In this document: positions 35,522 through 38,683 of the stretch, one piece after another
Layout: each line of letters starts with the position of its first letter
How positions within the stretch are numbered: the first letter of the stretch is position 1
Origin: Rhodoferax sp.
Lineage (GTDB): Bacteria > Pseudomonadota > Gammaproteobacteria > Burkholderiales > Burkholderiaceae_C
Direction: 5' to 3'
Length of the DNA: 38,683 nucleotides
Assembly: GCA_044346675.1 (NCBI GenBank)
Contig: JBIIYT010000001.1
Coordinates: forward strand, 1-38,683
The notes under the pieces: model-generated
The model's input: the letters and a program-made list of their open reading frames with translations, nothing else
The model's database searches: none
Told to the model about the DNA's origin: nothing
Program-made: the position numbers and the translations under genes

Positions 35522-36592
35522 CTAAGGCCCTTCATCAGAGTCCAAATAGTTGGTGCCTTGATCGTCAATCTTTTCTCGAAAAATACCGCCGCCTCCTAGA
35601 AACCAGGCAACAAAGTTTTTAACCCCAACCTCTATCGGCGTCTTGGGTTTAAATCCAATCCAGGCATACAACTCATCCGTATTGGCTGCGGTTGCGGGTA
35701 CGTCGCCCATTTGCATAGGAAGAAAATTCATCGTGGCCGTCTTACCCATTGCGCGCTCTAGGGCTTCGATGTAACTCATTAACGGTGTGGGCTGGTTGTT
35801 TCCTATATTGAAAACACGATACGGAGCGTTGCTGCTAGCGGGATCTGGATTTGAGGGGTCGAACTTACTATCAGCAATGGCCGGTTTATCCAGAACGCGA
35901 ACAAGACCTTCGACAATGTCGTCAACATACGTAAAGTCCCGCACCATTTTCCCGTGATTGAACACATCAATGGGGCGCCCCTCGAATATGGCTTTAGCGA
36001 ATAAGAACAGCGCCATGTCCGGTCGCCCCCAAGGTCCATACACGGTAAAGAATCGCAAGCCCGTGGTTGGCAAACGAAACAAGTGGCTGTAGGTGTGCGC
36101 CATCAGCTCGTTGGCTTTCTTGGTGGCAGCGTAGAGGCTTACCGGGTGATCGATATTGTCGTGTTCGCTAAATGGCAGCGTCGTGTTGCCGCCGTATACA
36201 CTGGAACTACTGGCATACACCAAATGGTTTACGGCATTGTGCCGGCATCCTTCCAAAATATTAATGAAGCCTTGAAGGTTGGCGTCAATGTATGCATGCG
36301 GATTGGTAAGAGAATAACGGACGCCCGCTTGCGCTGCCAAGTGGATAACTTTGTCTGGTTGCTCTGTAGCGAACAACCTCTCCATAGCAGATTTGTCGGC
36401 CACATTAGTTCGGTGAAAGCTAAAGCCACTTTTTTGCATGATGCGCGCCAAACGGGCTTCTTTCAGAGAGACATCATAGTAGTCATTAAGGCTGTCTACA
36501 CCTACCACTTGGTCGCCGCGCTCTAGCAACTGGAGGGCAGCATGCATACCGATGAAGCCGGCAGCACCGGTGACAAGGACCTTCATGCTCAT
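35522..36592 (-). CDS. UDP-glucuronate 4-epimerase-type NAD-dependent epimerase (Uge/GlcAE family)
   Basis: [67 protein letters not shown]. Confidence 0.92.
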   Translation of the reverse strand: MSMKVLVTGAAGFIGMHAALQLLERGDQVVGVDSLNDYYDVSLKEARLARIMQKSGFSFHRTNVADKSAMERLFATEQPDKVIHLAAQAGVRYSLTNPHAYIDANLQGFINILEGCRHNAVNHLVYASSSSVYGGNTTLPFSEHDNIDHPVSLYAATKKANELMAHTYSHLFRLPTTGLRFFTVYGPWGRPDMALFLFAKAIFEGRPIDVFNHGKMVRDFTYVDDIVEGLVRVLDKPAIADSKFDPSNPDPASSNAPYRVFNIGNNQPTPLMSYIEALERAMGKTATMNFLPMQMGDVPATAANTDELYAWIGFKPKTPIEVGVKNFVAWFLGGGGIFREKIDDQGTNYLDSDEGP

Positions 36593-37866
36593 AGCCTACC
36601 GTCCGCAAACCCAAGGGGGAAAACGCTCTTTACATCAAAGATAACTGCGTCTGGGATACCCAAAGCTTTAATACCTTGTGCGCCCAAATTTATAAACTGC
36701 GTGTGCCCAACAGCTAAAATCACGGCAGCATATTTGCAGTCGGTAGGGAGACGACGCAAGCATGGAAAGCCATACTCATGCATAGCATCATCCACATCAA
36801 TCCATGGGTCAAATATGTCAACATGAATGTTGTATTGCTCTAGAGCACGAACCACATCAACGACCTTCGTGTTACGCAAGTCGGGGCAGTTCTCTTTGAA
36901 AGTCAAACCTAACACTAGCACCTTGCTTCCCAATACTGGGTGGCGTTTATGGAGCATCAATTTGACAACCTGGTCTGCGACATATGTTGCCATGCTGTCA
37001 TTGATCCGGCGTCCCGCCAAAATCACCTCTGGGTGATATCCGACCTCTTGCGCCTTGTGGGTCAAGTAGTAAGGGTCCACCCCAATGCAATGGCCGCCAA
37101 CCAAGCCCGGCCGAAACGGCAGAAAATTCCATTTGGTACCGGCCGCATCCAGGACTTCTTGCGTGTCTATGCCCAAGCGACCAAAGATAAGTGACAACTC
37201 ATTCATTAGGGCGATATTGACATCGCGCTGGGTATTCTCAATAACTTTTGCGGCTTCCGCCACCTTGATGCTGCTGGCCTTGTGGGTCCCGGCTGTAATG
37301 ATTTGGCCATACAGGGCATCAACTGCTCCTGCCACCTCCGGAGTTGATCCGCTGGTAACCTTTTTGATTGAATGTAAACGATGTGACTTGTCGCCCGGGT
37401 TAATGCGCTCGGGGCTATAGCCACAGTAAAAATCTTGGTTGTACTTAAGGTTCGAATATTCTTCGAGCAATGGCACGCAGACTTCTTCGGTTGCACCCGG
37501 ATAAACGGTGGATTCAAAGATAACAACGGATCCCCGTTGCATAACAGCGCCAACCGTTTCACAAGCACTCATCAGAGGCGACATATTCGGTCGATTGGCT
37601 TTGTCTACAGGGGTTGGCACCGTCACTATGAAGATCCGACAGCCTGCTAGCGCTTTGGGGTCGGCGGTAAACCGCAAGTGCTCAGCACTTTGAAACTCTT
37701 CGATTCCAACCTCCAACGTGCTGTCTTTTCGTAGATGAAGCTCTGCAATCCTCGACGTCTTGATATCAAAACCGATTACAGGCCGACGCTTCCCGAACTC
37801 AACAGCCAATGGCAAGCCGACATATCCTAGGCCAATCACGGCTATCAACGCGTTATCCAAATCCAT
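36589..37866 (-). CDS. tviB: UDP-N-acetylhexosamine 6-dehydrogenase (TviB/WbpO family)
   Basis: [67 protein letters not shown]. Confidence 0.92.
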   Translation of the reverse strand: MDLDNALIAVIGLGYVGLPLAVEFGKRRPVIGFDIKTSRIAELHLRKDSTLEVGIEEFQSAEHLRFTADPKALAGCRIFIVTVPTPVDKANRPNMSPLMSACETVGAVMQRGSVVIFESTVYPGATEEVCVPLLEEYSNLKYNQDFYCGYSPERINPGDKSHRLHSIKKVTSGSTPEVAGAVDALYGQIITAGTHKASSIKVAEAAKVIENTQRDVNIALMNELSLIFGRLGIDTQEVLDAAGTKWNFLPFRPGLVGGHCIGVDPYYLTHKAQEVGYHPEVILAGRRINDSMATYVADQVVKLMLHKRHPVLGSKVLVLGLTFKENCPDLRNTKVVDVVRALEQYNIHVDIFDPWIDVDDAMHEYGFPCLRRLPTDCKYAAVILAVGHTQFINLGAQGIKALGIPDAVIFDVKSVFPLGFADGRL

Positions 37867-37904
37867 GCCAGTTACCTTTTCCTTGAAGTCTTAGGGCGGA
37901 GTTA

Positions 37905-38683
37905 TTACCTAGTGCTGCTTCGCATTGCATCGTGCGCCAGCCTCAATCCAGCATCTAATGCCACCTTCGGTTGCCATCCAAGCGCATTGAGCCGACTACT
38001 ATCCATCCACTTGCGCGGGGCCCCGTCTGGACGGGATGCATCAAAACCAACGTACCCCTTGTAGCCGACAGTGTTCGCAACTGCCTTAGCCAACTCGGCA
38101 ATGGTTACATCACTACCAAACCCCACATTGATATGGCTCTGCATTGGCGTAGTGTGTAACTGATAGGTACTCTGCGGTAGTTGCATGACAAACACACTTG
38201 CTGCGGCCATGTCGTCCACATACAAAAACTCGCGTCTTGGCGTACCCGTGCCCCAGATGACAACTTCCGGTGCACCCGCCACTTTGGCTTCGTGAAAGCG
38301 GCGTATCAGCGCAGGGATGACATGGCTGTTTTCAGGGTGGTAGTTGTCACCTGGGCCATACAGATTGGTGGGCATGACACTGCGGTAGTCGCGCCCGTAC
38401 TGGCGGTTGTAGCTTTCGCACAGCTTGATGCCCGCAATTTTGGCAATGGCATAGGGCTCGTTGGTGGGCTCCAGCGGGCCGGTAAGCAACACGTCTTCCG
38501 CCATTGGCTGGGGCGCCAGCCTGGGGTAAATGCAACTGGAGCCAAGAAACAACAACTTGTTGACGCCATTGCGATGTGCGGCGTCAATTACATTGGCCTG
38601 CACCATGAGGTTTTGATAGATGAAGTCAGCCGGGTAGGTGTTGTTGGCATAAATGCCGCCCACCTTGGCGGCAGCCAAATAGA
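37905..38683 (-). CDS. fcl: GDP-L-fucose synthase (partial; 5' end outside the window)
   Basis: (Y)[56 protein letters not shown]. The frame is open to the window edge. Confidence 0.95.
   Translation of the reverse strand, partial: YLAAAKVGGIYANNTYPADFIYQNLMVQANVIDAAHRNGVNKLLFLGSSCIYPRLAPQPMAEDVLLTGPLEPTNEPYAIAKIAGIKLCESYNRQYGRDYRSVMPTNLYGPGDNYHPENSHVIPALIRRFHEAKVAGAPEVVIWGTGTPRREFLYVDDMAAASVFVMQLPQSTYQLHTTPMQSHINVGFGSDVTIAELAKAVANTVGYKGYVGFDASRPDGAPRKWMDSSRLNALGWQPKVALDAGLRLAHDAMRSSTR

Noticed and set aside
605-38587. Numerous 60-190 aa plus-strand and alternate-frame ORFs (e.g. 1749-2273, 9605-10168, 10682-11185, 12170-12712)
   Set aside because: They lie within or across well-supported minus-strand genes and show no recognisable motifs. 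Treated as shadow ORFs.
1-38683. CRISPR arrays, tRNA/rRNA genes, integron attC sites, long tandem repeats
   Set aside because: None seen by eye. Intergenic space is minimal, and the paralogous genes are too diverged to form visible DNA repeats.

Overview
The window is almost entirely one co-directional (minus-strand), tightly packed run of 34 genes for surface-glycan biosynthesis (O-antigen/LOS, capsule or protein glycan). The host is probably a betaproteobacterium (Comamonadaceae-like), inferred from the fcl and IS5 transposase sequences. In transcription order (right to left): fcl (partial), TviB/WbpO-type dehydrogenase, UDP-uronate 4-epimerase, GT4-like transferase, NDP-sugar C-methyltransferase, Gfo/Idh/MocA, SpsF-type cytidylyltransferase, Gfo/Idh/MocA, DegT aminotransferase, SDR, GNAT, NeuB-1, AsnB-1, WbuX-type amidotransferase, hypothetical, 2 methyltransferases, sulfotransferase, methyltransferase, cysC, HP-motif GT-B protein, PhyH-type dioxygenase, DUF4910 protein, HisH, HisF-WbuX fusion, PglK/MsbA-like ABC transporter, 3 methyltransferases, AsnB-2 (degenerate glutaminase domain), KpsS-like protein, methyltransferase, NeuB-2, NeuC. 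The left end of an IS5-family element lies at the window edge (1-125). The most striking feature is a twin-module architecture. Two blocks each carry a NeuB, an AsnB, a WbuX, paired methyltransferases and a candidate CMP-nonulosonate transferase. This predicts a heavily decorated (amidinated, amidated, methylated, sulfated) glycan, possibly with two different nonulosonic acids. All product calls are from motif recognition by eye; no database searches were run.
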